Assembly: GCA_964522065.1 (NCBI GenBank)
Contig: CAZFUO010000004.1
Location: forward strand, 1-35,350
Origin: an uncultured Bacteroidales bacterium
GTDB taxonomy: Bacteria > Bacteroidota > Bacteroidia > Bacteroidales > UBA1402
Length of the DNA: 35,350 nt
Reading direction: 5' to 3'
Shown here: in pieces, positions 9,759-21,177 of the stretch
Position numbering within the stretch: position 1 is the first letter of the stretch
How the letters are laid out: each line of letters opens with the position of its first letter
Notes under the pieces: model-generated
The model's database searches: none
The model's input: only the letters and a program-made list of their open reading frames with translations
What the model was told of the DNA's origin: nothing
Program-made: the position numbers and the translations under genes

Positions 9759-11645
9759 TTATTTTTTCTTTTTCTGTTGTTCGCGCAACATTTTTTGCTG
9801 ATCTTTTTGCATTTGTTCAAGTCTTGCAGCAAATCCTGACTTCTTCATTGGCTTTTTCTTATTTTCATTTAGCTGAGCAAGAAGTTTTTCGTCGTTAACT
9901 GTTGCTCTTATTGCATAAGTCTGAATAATAGTAATAAGAGTAGAAACAAAGAAGTAATAACTTAAAGCTGCAGAATACTGGTTAAACATAAATAAGAACA
10001 TAACAGGCATAATATACATCATGGTTTTCATTCCCGGCATCTGATTGTTGGTAGGCTGGGTTTTCATATTTATATGAGTATATATAATGTTTGTTATAGT
10101 CATCAATAAACAGAATAAACTGATATGATTACCAAAATACTTTGTAACCAAAGGTATATCTCCTGACCAGGATATAATTGCATCATAAGTTGAAAGATCG
10201 TGCGCCCAAAGGAAACTTTGTTGTCTCAATTCTATAGAAGATGGGAAAAACGAATACATTGCAAATAGTATAGGCATTTGCAAAAGCATAGGTAAACAAC
10301 CTCCCATAGGACTAACTCCAACTTTTCTGTAAAGTTCCATTGTTGCCTGTGACCTTTCAGCCGCTTTAGCTGATCCCGGAAATCTACTGTTTATTTCTGC
10401 AATTTGAGGTTGAAGAACTTTCATTTTTGCTGATGACATATAAGATTTATATGTCAGCGGGAACAGTATCAACTTAATTACAAAAGTCATTAACAAGATA
10501 ATCAAACCATAGTTTTCAAGGAATTTTCCAAAGAAATTAAACATAGGTAGTATAACACCAGTATTAGCCCATCTAATCCAGCTACCACCAAGTGGCACTA
10601 TTTTATCAAGTTCAAGTTCCTGTTCTGAAGGTAGCCCCTTGTCGTATCCCCTTAATAAAGCGTGCTTAATAGGGCCATAAAAGAACTTCATTTTTACAGA
10701 TTGATCGCCTTTAAGATCAAAAGCAAGAGATGAAGTCATTTTGTAATCTTTTATGTATTCTGAAGTATTAGGCTCAACTTTTGATGAAAGTTCGTTTGAA
10801 GCAAATCCTTTGTCAGATATAGCTATACATGCAAAAAACTGATCTTTAAAAGATACCCATTTCAAAGTGTTGGTTATACTTTTACTGTCATCCTTGTTTT
10901 CACTCAGCTTTTCAACATCATCACCCGGAAATTTATAGTTAACACCAGAATATCTTGCTTCGAAAGTTCTTCCAACCTCTTGTTGACGCATTTTTAAAGC
11001 CCAGGTGAAATCGAGAGAATTTGTATTTAAAGACATAACCTTAGACAGGTTATTACCTTTCAATTCAAAATCCATTCTGTAGTCATCCTTTTTAAGGGTG
11101 TAAATATGATCAAGCCAGGTATCATCTGAAACCTTCAATCTGTAAACAAGTTTCAAAGGGTCATCATCAGGAACCAGTTCAAAATTAAGATCATTAGTAT
11201 TGATAAGTCTATTGTCTGAAGTGAAAAATGAAATATTGAAAGAAGAATTCTTTTCATCAAACAAAATAAGTGGGAGAGAGTCTCCTGTCACAAATTCTTT
11301 TAACCTTACTGAAGCAACACGACCACCTCTTGAGGCCATTGTAATTTCCATTAGATCATTTTCGAAGGTTGTATTAGAGTTACTACCTCCTGCAAATGAT
11401 GAAAATGCTCCGTATTGAACGGTTAACCTGGTTGAATCAGTAGCGGTACTGTCAACAGAAATTACAGAATCAGCTTTTGCTGCTGCCATTTCCAGTCTGG
11501 CATTTTCAACAAGAGCGATAGAATCTCTTAATGCCTGTTGTCTTCTGGCTTCGGCTAATTGTTCTTCAGATGGTTTATTAAGCCAGCTGAATCCGATAAT
11601 TATAAGAAAGATTAAAACAAAACCAATAATGGTATTCTTGTCCAT
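9759..11645 (-). CDS. yidC: membrane protein insertase YidC (long Bacteroidota form)
   Basis: 628-aa ORF with an N-terminal TM segment, a large periplasmic domain, a conserved C-terminal core (PMGGCLPMLLQMPILFAMY) and a Lys-rich tail. Confidence 0.95.
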   Translation of the reverse strand: MDKNTIIGFVLIFLIIIGFSWLNKPSEEQLAEARRQQALRDSIALVENARLEMAAAKADSVISVDSTATDSTRLTVQYGAFSSFAGGSNSNTTFENDLMEITMASRGGRVASVRLKEFVTGDSLPLILFDEKNSSFNISFFTSDNRLINTNDLNFELVPDDDPLKLVYRLKVSDDTWLDHIYTLKKDDYRMDFELKGNNLSKVMSLNTNSLDFTWALKMRQQEVGRTFEARYSGVNYKFPGDDVEKLSENKDDSKSITNTLKWVSFKDQFFACIAISDKGFASNELSSKVEPNTSEYIKDYKMTSSLAFDLKGDQSVKMKFFYGPIKHALLRGYDKGLPSEQELELDKIVPLGGSWIRWANTGVILPMFNFFGKFLENYGLIILLMTFVIKLILFPLTYKSYMSSAKMKVLQPQIAEINSRFPGSAKAAERSQATMELYRKVGVSPMGGCLPMLLQMPILFAMYSFFPSSIELRQQSFLWAHDLSTYDAIISWSGDIPLVTKYFGNHISLFCLLMTITNIIYTHINMKTQPTNNQMPGMKTMMYIMPVMFLFMFNQYSAALSYYFFVSTLITIIQTYAIRATVNDEKLLAQLNENKKKPMKKSGFAARLEQMQKDQQKMLREQQKKKK

Positions 11646-11671
11646 TTTTTCAAATTATGATTAGAGTTAAT

Positions 11672-13288
<1,617 letters not shown>

Positions 13289-13334
13289 TTAATGAAAAAT
13301 TGTGAAATAACGCACATATTGCAATGCGAAGCCG

Positions 13335-13342
13335 CAAAATTA
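13335..13342 (-). promoter_or_regulatory. putative -7 box TAATTTTG for pyrG-yidC
   Basis: Exact TAnnTTTG, about 59 nt upstream of the pyrG GTG start. Confidence 0.4.
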
Positions 13343-13368
13343 CGAAAAAAGTTTAAGAAAAAATGTTT

Positions 13369-13376
13369 TACATTTG
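13369..13376 (+). promoter_or_regulatory. putative -7 box TACATTTG for the DUF3078-like gene (and possibly the whole rnf unit)
   Basis: Exact TAnnTTTG, about 22 nt upstream of ATG 13398. Confidence 0.5.
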
Positions 13377-13397
13377 CAGAGAATAACATCAAATGAC

Positions 13398-14789
13398 ATG
13401 AAATTGGCCCATAAACTACTTTTTTTGTCCGTTTTTTTTCTAATCAATTTAAATTTGTTTGCAATAAGTAATTCAGAACCCGAATTATTGCCTGAAGAGT
13501 ATTCAGAAGACAATTTAAATGCTTTAACAATTCCTGATTACAATCCACTTCTTACTTACATTCAGTTTTATGATATTTTCAGGGACAGAGTTTTCCCTTT
13601 ACCTCCAAGGCAGTTTTATGAAGGTGAAGATTTAGGCTATCCAAAAATGAGTCCTCTTTTTATGCCACTGGTTTTAAATTATATTCAACGCGACCTGAAA
13701 TTACAGAAAACTAATAATTCAGAAAGTAGTTACAAGATTACTTCTAACTATGTTGATTCATTAATGAACAGAATTTTTCTGGACATTTACACAATGAAAC
13801 TTACCAAAAAGATACTTCTTAATGCAGAAAAAGACTTGTTGGCTGTTATTGAATATGATAAAAAAGAACTTCCCGAATTTGAAGAATTAATATTTTATAT
13901 AAATGGTAAAAAACCATCTACAACTCCTAAAGTTGCTCCACAGGTAAAGATGACAGATGCAAATACTAAAATTTTTGCCAGAACAGAATACAGACCCTGG
14001 AATAAAAAAGGAAATTCAAAGTTGCAATTTTCACAAACGTATATTTCTCCTAACTGGTCAAAGGGTGGTGAAAGTAATACTGCAGGCCTGGCAAGCATAT
14101 ATTTGCAGGCAAATTATAATAATCTCAAAAACGTACAGTTCGATAATAACTTTGAGATTAAGGTTGGTATGAATACAGTCAATTCAGATACTCTAAGAAA
14201 CTTTAATATAAGTACAGATCAGATTCGTGCAGTAAGTAAGCTTGGTATAAAGATGTATAATAACTGGTTTTATTCGTTATCAGGCGAATTTTTAACCCAG
14301 ATGCTCAATAATTATAAGAAAAACACCATGACACTAAAATCTTCTTTGCTATCACCTGCAAAGTTGTTTGTGAGTTTAGGTGTAGATTTCAAAAAATCTG
14401 ACAATAAAAAAGGATATAATTTATCGGTTCTTTTAAGTCCGGTTACTTATAAAATGAATTATCTACTTGATAATGTTAATCTTCCAACAGGATCATATGG
14501 TATTGAAACCGGTAAACATTTCGGTCACGAAATAGGCAGCAAAATATCATCAACACTCAGCTGGAAAATAACAGACAGAATTATCTGGAACTCAAAGATA
14601 TATTACTTTACAGATTTTACTTATAATGATTCAGAATGGGAAAATACTTTTAATCTAAGTCTGAATAATTATCTTACAACACAGTTTTTTGTGCACTTGA
14701 AGATAGATGACAGATTAAAAAGAAATCCGGGAGAACCATTACTTCAAGCTCAGCAGTTGTTAAGTTTTGGACTTGCATACTGGTGGTAA
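13398..14789 (+). CDS. predicted outer-membrane beta-barrel protein, DUF3078-like
   Basis: It has a signal peptide (MKLAHKLLFLSVFFLINLNLFA), an alternating beta-strand-like pattern and a C-terminal aromatic end (...FGLAYWW). The DUF3078 assignment is from memory of the family, not from a search. I moved the start to ATG 13398, because the track TTG at 13374 sits inside the -7 box. Confidence 0.7.
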   Translation: MKLAHKLLFLSVFFLINLNLFAISNSEPELLPEEYSEDNLNALTIPDYNPLLTYIQFYDIFRDRVFPLPPRQFYEGEDLGYPKMSPLFMPLVLNYIQRDLKLQKTNNSESSYKITSNYVDSLMNRIFLDIYTMKLTKKILLNAEKDLLAVIEYDKKELPEFEELIFYINGKKPSTTPKVAPQVKMTDANTKIFARTEYRPWNKKGNSKLQFSQTYISPNWSKGGESNTAGLASIYLQANYNNLKNVQFDNNFEIKVGMNTVNSDTLRNFNISTDQIRAVSKLGIKMYNNWFYSLSGEFLTQMLNNYKKNTMTLKSSLLSPAKLFVSLGVDFKKSDNKKGYNLSVLLSPVTYKMNYLLDNVNLPTGSYGIETGKHFGHEIGSKISSTLSWKITDRIIWNSKIYYFTDFTYNDSEWENTFNLSLNNYLTTQFFVHLKIDDRLKRNPGEPLLQAQQLLSFGLAYWW

Positions 14790-14800
14790 ATAAAAAAAAC

Positions 14801-15220
14801 ATGGAACCTGTACAACATAGAGGAATTATAGAGTGTATAAAAGAAAAAAAAATGTACGTTCGTATTAGTCAGGAAAGTGCATGTTCAGATTGTCATTCGA
14901 AAACAGTATGCATGGCAAGTGAAAAGTCTGAGAAAATCATTGAAGTTAAAGATTTTACAGGATATTTTAAGACGGGACAAGCAGTGATGTTAACTGCTGA
15001 TGACGGACAAGGATTGACTGCTGTTTTTCTATCATATGTGATGCCACTTATTGTACTTATTGTAACAATGTTCATTTTTTTGCTTATACTTGCACCCGGT
15101 AAAGACGGGCTGGCGGCATTGACCTCTGTCTCTTCGGTCGGAATTTACTATTTAATTCTTTTTTTGTTTAAGAAAAAAATAGGGAGGAAATTCAGGTTTA
15201 AAGTAAGTGCGCTTGAATAA
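14801..15220 (+). CDS. RseC/MucC-family (SoxR-reducing system) small membrane protein
   Basis: It has an N-terminal Cys-rich segment (ACSDCHSKTVC) followed by two TM helices. It sits immediately upstream of rnfB, as is usual in Bacteroidota. I prefer ATG 14801 to the track GTG at 14783. Confidence 0.8.
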   Translation: MEPVQHRGIIECIKEKKMYVRISQESACSDCHSKTVCMASEKSEKIIEVKDFTGYFKTGQAVMLTADDGQGLTAVFLSYVMPLIVLIVTMFIFLLILAPGKDGLAALTSVSSVGIYYLILFLFKKKIGRKFRFKVSALE

Positions 15221-15241
15221 GCCCTGAGTAATTGTTTTTTT

Positions 15242-16069
15242 ATGGATCTAACTATTGTTGCTGTAATTTCGCTAAGTACAGTTGGGGTAAGTCTGGCCAT
15301 TATTTTGTATATGGCTTCTCAAAAATTTAAAGTTGAAGAAAATCCGCTTATAGATGAGGTTGAAAATGTTTTACCCGGTGCTAATTGTGGTGGCTGCGGT
15401 TTTGCAGGATGCAGAAATTTTGCAGAAAAATGTGTAAGCAGTGAAAGTCTCGAATCTCTTAAATGCCCTGTTGGTGGTAATGACACTATGTCGTCAGTTG
15501 CCGGTATTCTCGGGCTTAAACCAGTGATATCTAAACCCACTGTTGCCGTTTTAAGATGTAATGGAGCCTGTGAACACAGACCTGCTATAGCTGATTACAA
15601 TGGAGCATCTTCTTGTTCAATTGCCTCATTAACATCTGGTGGCGAAACCGCATGTACTTACGGTTGTCTTGGTCTTGCAGACTGTGTGGCAGTTTGCGAG
15701 TTTGACGCCCTTAAAATGGATGAAGCTACTGGCTTGCCTGTTGTAAATGAAGATAATTGTACATCATGTGGTGCTTGCGTAAAGGCATGTCCGAAAGATT
15801 TGTTTGAAATCAGGTTTAAAGGGCCGGATGATAAAAGAATATTTGTTGCCTGCAGAAATAAAGACAAAGGAGCAGTAGCAAAAAAATCGTGCAGTGTTGC
15901 TTGTATTGGTTGCGGAAAGTGTGAAAAAGTCTGCGAATATGATGCAATAACTATAAATAATGACCTGGCATATATTGACTACAAAAAGTGTGAATTATGT
16001 CGTAAATGCGTGACTGTTTGCCCTACAGAGGCTATACATGAAACTAATTTTACAAAACTTAACAATTGA
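15242..16069 (+). CDS. rnfB: Rnf electron-transport complex subunit B (polyferredoxin type)
   Basis: It has an N-terminal TM helix, CGGCGFAGCRNFAEKC, and several CxxCxxCxxxCP ferredoxin motifs (CTSCGACVKACP, CIGCGKCEKVCE, CELCRKCVTVCP). Confidence 0.9.
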   Translation: MDLTIVAVISLSTVGVSLAIILYMASQKFKVEENPLIDEVENVLPGANCGGCGFAGCRNFAEKCVSSESLESLKCPVGGNDTMSSVAGILGLKPVISKPTVAVLRCNGACEHRPAIADYNGASSCSIASLTSGGETACTYGCLGLADCVAVCEFDALKMDEATGLPVVNEDNCTSCGACVKACPKDLFEIRFKGPDDKRIFVACRNKDKGAVAKKSCSVACIGCGKCEKVCEYDAITINNDLAYIDYKKCELCRKCVTVCPTEAIHETNFTKLNN

Positions 16070-17394
16070 TGAAAACCTTTAAAATTGGCGGAATTCATCC
16101 GCCTGACAGAAAACTTTCTGCAGGGGCAAAGATTGATAAATCAATTTTACCTGACAATGTAATTATTCTGCTTAATCAACATATAGGAGCTCCGGCACTT
16201 CCTGTTGTAAATAAGGGGGATTATGTAAAAACGGGTCAGTTAATTGCAGAATCATCAGGTTTTGTTTCTTCAAACATTCATTCATCAGTGTCAGGTAAAG
16301 TTACAAAAATTGATGAACACATTGATATCACCGGTTTCAGACAAAAAGCTATACACATTTCAGTAGAAGGTGATGAATGGTTGGAAGATATTGACAGAAG
16401 TGATGATATAATCAGAATTTGCAATCTTAATTCAACCGAAATAACAGAAAAAATAAAAGAATCTGGTATTGTTGGTATGGGGGGTGCAGGTTTTCCTACT
16501 CATATCAAGCTTAATCCTCCAAAGGGAAAAACCCCTGAAATACTTATTGTAAATGCTGTTGAATGTGAACCGTATTTAACTTCAGACCATAGTTTGATGT
16601 TGGAAAAAGGTCTTGAGATACTTATTGGAACAGAGATTTTAATGATGGCTCTCAATGTGAAAAATGCGGTTATCGGAATAGAAGTCAATAAGATAGATGC
16701 AATTGAAAACTTTAAAAGTCTGGTTTCAGATTTTAAAGGTATTGAGATAATGCCACTAAAGGTATTATATCCTCAGGGTGGAGAAAAGCAATTAATAGAA
16801 TCTGTAACAGGTAAAAGAGTGCCTTCAGGAGCTTTGCCGGTAGATGTAGGTGCCGTCGTTCAAAATGTGGCTACTGTATTTGCCGTTTATGAGGCAGTTC
16901 AGAAAAATAAGCCACTTTTTGAAAGAATTGTTTGTTTGACAGGAGATAATATTGAAACTCCGGGTAATTATTTGCTTAGAAACGGAATGCTGATTTCTGA
17001 TTTTATCACAAAAACCGGTGGTTTGCCTGAAAATATTTCTAAGGTTGTAAGCGGTGGTCCAATGATGGGTAAAGCAATTACTGATTTAAATTCTCCATTA
17101 ACCAAAGGGTGTTCAGGCATTCTTGCTATTGACAGTAAGAAAGCTTACAGAAAAGAAATAAGAGACTGTATAAGATGTGCAAAATGCGTTTATGCATGCC
17201 CAATGGGACTTGAGCCATTTCTTTTTATGACACTTGCCGAGAATAGTGATTGGGAAAGGCTTGAAAAAGAGTTGATTATGGATTGTATTGAATGTGGGTG
17301 TTGTACTTTTTCATGCCCTTCTGCAAGGCCATTATTAGACTATTTGAGATTAGGCAAAAACAGAGTTGGCGCTAATATAAGAAGCAGAAAATAA
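16069..17394 (+). CDS. rnfC: Rnf complex subunit C
   Basis: It has GMGGAGFPTHIKL (NADH/FMN-binding region), and CIRCAKCVYACP plus CIECGCCTFSCP (two 4Fe-4S motifs). ATG 16069 overlaps the rnfB TGA by 1 nt (TGATG). The track starts 3 nt earlier, at a TTG. Confidence 0.92.
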   Translation: MKTFKIGGIHPPDRKLSAGAKIDKSILPDNVIILLNQHIGAPALPVVNKGDYVKTGQLIAESSGFVSSNIHSSVSGKVTKIDEHIDITGFRQKAIHISVEGDEWLEDIDRSDDIIRICNLNSTEITEKIKESGIVGMGGAGFPTHIKLNPPKGKTPEILIVNAVECEPYLTSDHSLMLEKGLEILIGTEILMMALNVKNAVIGIEVNKIDAIENFKSLVSDFKGIEIMPLKVLYPQGGEKQLIESVTGKRVPSGALPVDVGAVVQNVATVFAVYEAVQKNKPLFERIVCLTGDNIETPGNYLLRNGMLISDFITKTGGLPENISKVVSGGPMMGKAITDLNSPLTKGCSGILAIDSKKAYRKEIRDCIRCAKCVYACPMGLEPFLFMTLAENSDWERLEKELIMDCIECGCCTFSCPSARPLLDYLRLGKNRVGANIRSRK

Positions 17395-17400
17395 GATAGT

Positions 17401-18393
17401 ATGAAAAATAAACTTATAGTTTCAATGGCTCCGCATTTGCATAGTGGTGATAGTGTGGAGAAAAAAATGTATAGTGTTCTTTTGGCTCTCATACCTGCAT
17501 TCGCGGTTTCGCTATATTTTTTTGGATTAGGAGCGTTGATTGTTACTTTGGTATCTGTGTTTACCTGCGTTATTGTTGAGTATGCAATACAGAGGTTCAT
17601 GCTTAAGCAAAATACAACCATTTTTGATGGGTCCGCTATACTTACGGGTGTTTTGCTTGCTTTTAATCTGCCTTCAACACTGCCTGTCTGGATAGTTATA
17701 ATTGGTTCGATAATTGCAATAGGAGTTGGTAAAATGACGTTCGGAGGCTTGGGTAATAACCCTTTCAATCCTGCTCTTGTTGGTAGGGTGTTTCTTTTAA
17801 TATCATTTCCGGCTCAGATGACAACATGGCCAATGCCATTACAAAGATCTTATATTGACGCTGTTACAGGTGCAACAACACTTGATAAACTTAAAAATCA
17901 TGCTGGTGACATACCAGATTTACTTGATATGTTACTAGGAAAGGGTGGTAGCTTGGGTGAAATTGGTAGTCTGGCTTTGATTGCCGGAGGTATTTTTCTG
18001 ATTTTAAATAAGACTATTACCTGGCATATTCCTGTATCAGTTTTATTTTCTGTATTTCTTATGACTTTTTTGATTTCACTTTCTGATGTTGTTACATTCA
18101 ACGCCGGATTGTTTAGCAATGATATAATAACTGCATCAGTTTATTCAGTTTATCATCTGGTTTCGGGAGGGCTTTTACTTGGAGCCTTTTTTATGGCAAC
18201 AGATTATGTAACATCACCAATGAATCCCAGAGGAAAATTGATTTATGGTTTTGGTATTGGCATCATTACTGTTTGTATAAGACTTTTCGGCTCATACCCT
18301 GAAGGAATATCATTTGCAATTTTGATAATGAATGCAGTGACTCCATTAATTAATACATATGTTAAACCAAAAAGGTTTTCAAAACCACTATGA
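17401..18393 (+). CDS. rnfD: Rnf complex subunit D
   Basis: Polytopic membrane protein with a DAVTGATTL flavinylation-type motif. Confidence 0.92.
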   Translation: MKNKLIVSMAPHLHSGDSVEKKMYSVLLALIPAFAVSLYFFGLGALIVTLVSVFTCVIVEYAIQRFMLKQNTTIFDGSAILTGVLLAFNLPSTLPVWIVIIGSIIAIGVGKMTFGGLGNNPFNPALVGRVFLLISFPAQMTTWPMPLQRSYIDAVTGATTLDKLKNHAGDIPDLLDMLLGKGGSLGEIGSLALIAGGIFLILNKTITWHIPVSVLFSVFLMTFLISLSDVVTFNAGLFSNDIITASVYSVYHLVSGGLLLGAFFMATDYVTSPMNPRGKLIYGFGIGIITVCIRLFGSYPEGISFAILIMNAVTPLINTYVKPKRFSKPL

Positions 18394-18986
18394 GAAAGCT
18401 GCAATCTTCATTTTTAAATATGGTTTTAGTGCTGGGTGGTATTTCAGCATTTGCCGCAGGTGCTCTTGGAGTTGTCAATGAGTTGACAAAAAATCCTATT
18501 TTAAGAGCTGATGCAATAGCAAAGGAAGAAGCTATTAAAAATGTATCTCCACAATTTGATAATTCACCTCTTGATGATAAATTTTTTGTGGTAACAAACG
18601 AAGGTGACAGTCTTGTATGCTATCCTTCTAAACTTAAGGGTGAGACTATCGGATATGCAATTGAGACTTATTCTGATAAAGGATATTCTGGTGAAATTAA
18701 GTTAATGGTTGGATTTGATTCAGATGGAAAATTATTGAATTACTCAGTTTTAAGTCATAAAGAAACTCCCGGATTGGGTTCGAAAATAAGTGAATGGTTT
18801 AAGGGGGATAATAAAAAACAGAATATTCTGGGACTTAATCCATCTGAAGTAAGTATGAAAGTTTCAAAAGATGGCGGTGATGTAGATGGCATTACTGCTG
18901 CGACTATTTCGTCAAGAGCTTTTTTAGAAGCTGTAAATAAGGCCTATTTTGCATATATGAATTACAGGGAATATGAAAAAAAGTAA
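18390..18986 (+). CDS. rnfG: Rnf complex subunit G
   Basis: It has an N-terminal TM helix and an FMN-binding domain with GITAATISSRAF. It overlaps rnfD in an ATGA junction. Confidence 0.9.
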   Translation: MRKLQSSFLNMVLVLGGISAFAAGALGVVNELTKNPILRADAIAKEEAIKNVSPQFDNSPLDDKFFVVTNEGDSLVCYPSKLKGETIGYAIETYSDKGYSGEIKLMVGFDSDGKLLNYSVLSHKETPGLGSKISEWFKGDNKKQNILGLNPSEVSMKVSKDGGDVDGITAATISSRAFLEAVNKAYFAYMNYREYEKK

Positions 18987-19569
18987 ATTATCCATTGTAT
19001 TAAATGGGATATTAAAGGAAAATCCCATTTTTGTACTACTGCTTGGAATGTGTCCTACGTTAGGTACTACATCAAGTGCGACTAATGGTCTTGGAATGGG
19101 TTTGGCTACCTTGTTTGTACTAATATTATCAAATATGGTAATATCACTAATTAAGAACATTGTTCCAGACAAAGTGAGAATACCAGCTTACATTGTTGTA
19201 ATTGCTGCATTTGTTTCTATTCTGGAAATGTTGATGAAAGCGTATTTGCCTTCACTATATTCATCTTTAGGTCTGTTTATACCTCTTATTGTTGTAAATT
19301 GTATAGTTCTTGCCAGAGCAGAATCGTTTGCTTCTAAAAACAGTATAATTTCATCAGGTTTTGATGGTCTGGGTATTGGACTTGGTTTTACCTTAGCACT
19401 TACTGTTTTAGGTAGCACAAGAGAATTTTTGGGCACAGGCAAAGTATTTAACCACAGCATTTTCCCTGAGGAATACGGTATGATTATTTTTGTTCTGGCT
19501 CCTGGTGCTTTTATCGTTTTGGGATATCTTATTGCAATTTTTAACCGCTTTAATAAAAAATCAGCATGA
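18973..19569 (+). CDS. rnfE: Rnf complex subunit E
   Basis: Membrane protein of the RnfA/RnfE family (LLLGMCPTLGTT..., LFIPLIVVNCIVL). It overlaps the end of rnfG by 14 nt. Confidence 0.9.
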   Translation: MKKSKLSIVLNGILKENPIFVLLLGMCPTLGTTSSATNGLGMGLATLFVLILSNMVISLIKNIVPDKVRIPAYIVVIAAFVSILEMLMKAYLPSLYSSLGLFIPLIVVNCIVLARAESFASKNSIISSGFDGLGIGLGFTLALTVLGSTREFLGTGKVFNHSIFPEEYGMIIFVLAPGAFIVLGYLIAIFNRFNKKSA

Positions 19570-20138
19570 TATACATTACAATTTTTATAGCTGCTGTTTT
19601 TGTAAACAACATTGTATTGTCTCAGTTTTTGGGAATATGTCCGTTTCTGGGTGTTTCAAAAAAAATCGAAACCTCACTTGGCATGTCCGGTGCCGTTGCA
19701 TTTGTTTTAACTCTGGCAACAATAGTAACATGGTCAATTTACACTTTCCTGCTAAAACCATTCCAATTAGAATTCTTACAAACTATTACTTTTATTTTAG
19801 TAATAGCAGGTCTGGTTCAATTAGTTGAAATTATTTTAAAAAAAATATCACCAACCCTGTATCAGGCTCTTGGAGTTTTTTTACCTTTGATCACTACAAA
19901 CTGTGCAATACTTGGAGTTGCAATTTTGGTAGTACAAAAACAATACGACCTGTTACAGTCAACTGTATTTGCTTTTTCAACAGCAATTGGTTTTGGTTTG
20001 GCACTGATTATTTTTGCAGGTCTGCGTGAACATACAAATTATATGAAAATACCTAAAGCAATGAAAGGTATGCCTGTTGCACTAATTATGGCCGGTTTGC
20101 TGGCACTTGCATTTATGGGCTTTTCAGGGATAGTATAA
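19566..20138 (+). CDS. rnfA: Rnf complex subunit A
   Basis: Membrane protein of the RnfA/RnfE family (FLGICPFLGVS..., FLPLITTNCAILG). It overlaps rnfE in an ATGA junction. Confidence 0.9.
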   Translation: MIYITIFIAAVFVNNIVLSQFLGICPFLGVSKKIETSLGMSGAVAFVLTLATIVTWSIYTFLLKPFQLEFLQTITFILVIAGLVQLVEIILKKISPTLYQALGVFLPLITTNCAILGVAILVVQKQYDLLQSTVFAFSTAIGFGLALIIFAGLREHTNYMKIPKAMKGMPVALIMAGLLALAFMGFSGIV

Positions 20139-20148
20139 AAAAACAAAT

Positions 20149-21177
20149 ATGAAAGAATTAATTTTAGTTACAGGTGGTACAGGTTATATAGGTTCTCATA
20201 CAACAGTAGAACTTGTGGAAGCTGGTTATGATGTAGTAGTTGTAGATAACCTTTCAAACTCCAATGCTGGCGTTATGGAAGGTATCGAAAAAATTTGCGG
20301 TAAACAATTACCACTCGAGATTTGCGATTGTAATGACTATGATGCAATGAAAGCCATATTTGAGAAATATGGTAAAATCAGCGCTGTAATACACTTTGCG
20401 GCAAGTAAAGCTGTTGGTGAGTCTGTTAAAAAGCCATTGATGTATTATGGAAATAATCTGGGATCGCTAATAACTATAATGAAATTGATGGATGAATACA
20501 AATGCAAGGCCTTTGTTTTCTCTTCATCATGTACTGTTTATGGTCAGCCTGATGTATTACCTGTCGATGAAAATGCATCCGTAAAACCTGCACAATCACC
20601 TTATGGAAACACTAAGCAAATTGGTGAGGAAATAATCAGAGATGCAGCTTTTGCAGGATTATCATATAAATCAATTTTACTGAGATATTTCAATCCGATA
20701 GGGGCACATCCTTCAGGAGAAATTGGAGAATTACCTCTGGGAGTACCTCAAAACCTTCTGCCTTTTGTTACTCAGACAGCTGCAGGCATCAGAGAAAAGC
20801 TTAGTGTTTATGGCAATGATTATAATACGCCTGACGGGTCTTGCATAAGAGATTATATCAATGTTGTAGATTTAGCAAAAGCACATGTTATTGCCATGAA
20901 AAGAATGCTAGAAGGCAAAGCTGAAAAAGATGTCGAAGTATTCAATCTTGGAACCGGTAAAGGATTGTCTGTACTTGAAATAATTAATATATTTCAGAAG
21001 GTTACAGGTGTAAAACTAAATTATGAAATCGTAGCCAGAAGAGAGGGTGATATAGAGCAAATCTGGGCAAATCCTGATTATGCTAACAATGTACTTGGGT
21101 GGAAATCAGAAAAGACTGTAGAAGAGACATTACTTTCTGCATGGAAATGGCAGGAAAAATTAAATCAATTGAAATGA
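20149..21177 (+). CDS. galE: UDP-glucose 4-epimerase
   Basis: 342-aa ORF with the Rossmann motif VTGGTGYIGSHT and the catalytic YGNTK (YxxxK). It starts only 10 nt after rnfA. Confidence 0.92.
   Translation: MKELILVTGGTGYIGSHTTVELVEAGYDVVVVDNLSNSNAGVMEGIEKICGKQLPLEICDCNDYDAMKAIFEKYGKISAVIHFAASKAVGESVKKPLMYYGNNLGSLITIMKLMDEYKCKAFVFSSSCTVYGQPDVLPVDENASVKPAQSPYGNTKQIGEEIIRDAAFAGLSYKSILLRYFNPIGAHPSGEIGELPLGVPQNLLPFVTQTAAGIREKLSVYGNDYNTPDGSCIRDYINVVDLAKAHVIAMKRMLEGKAEKDVEVFNLGTGKGLSVLEIINIFQKVTGVKLNYEIVARREGDIEQIWANPDYANNVLGWKSEKTVEETLLSAWKWQEKLNQLK

Noticed and set aside
14844-14852. An A9 homopolymer inside the rseC-like CDS, with similar A/T runs of 7-8 nt at 13425-13440 and 30363-30370, considered as phase-variation tracts.
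   Set aside because: Runs of this length are common in genomes of this composition. They encode Lys or Phe stretches in plausible protein contexts, and nothing suggests an on/off contingency gene.
15242-16069. The RnfB C-terminal extension with extra 4Fe-4S ferredoxin motifs, considered as an unusual fusion.
   Set aside because: Extended polyferredoxin-type RnfB is the normal form in Bacteroidota and many anaerobes, so it is not novel.
17340-17768. The longest shadow ORF (142 aa, minus strand), antisense to the rnfC/rnfD junction.
   Set aside because: It is the antisense of a membrane-protein gene, which commonly yields long open frames. It has no promoter box upstream on the minus strand and no motif content. 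It would have to be expressed from inside a tightly coupled operon.
19490-19828. A 112-aa plus-strand ORF in an alternative frame across the rnfE/rnfA junction. I considered whether it was a possible frameshift product.
   Set aside because: rnfE and rnfA are both full length with conserved termini and an ATGA overlap. The alternative-frame product is Cys/Phe/Asn-rich nonsense, and no slippery heptamer is evident.
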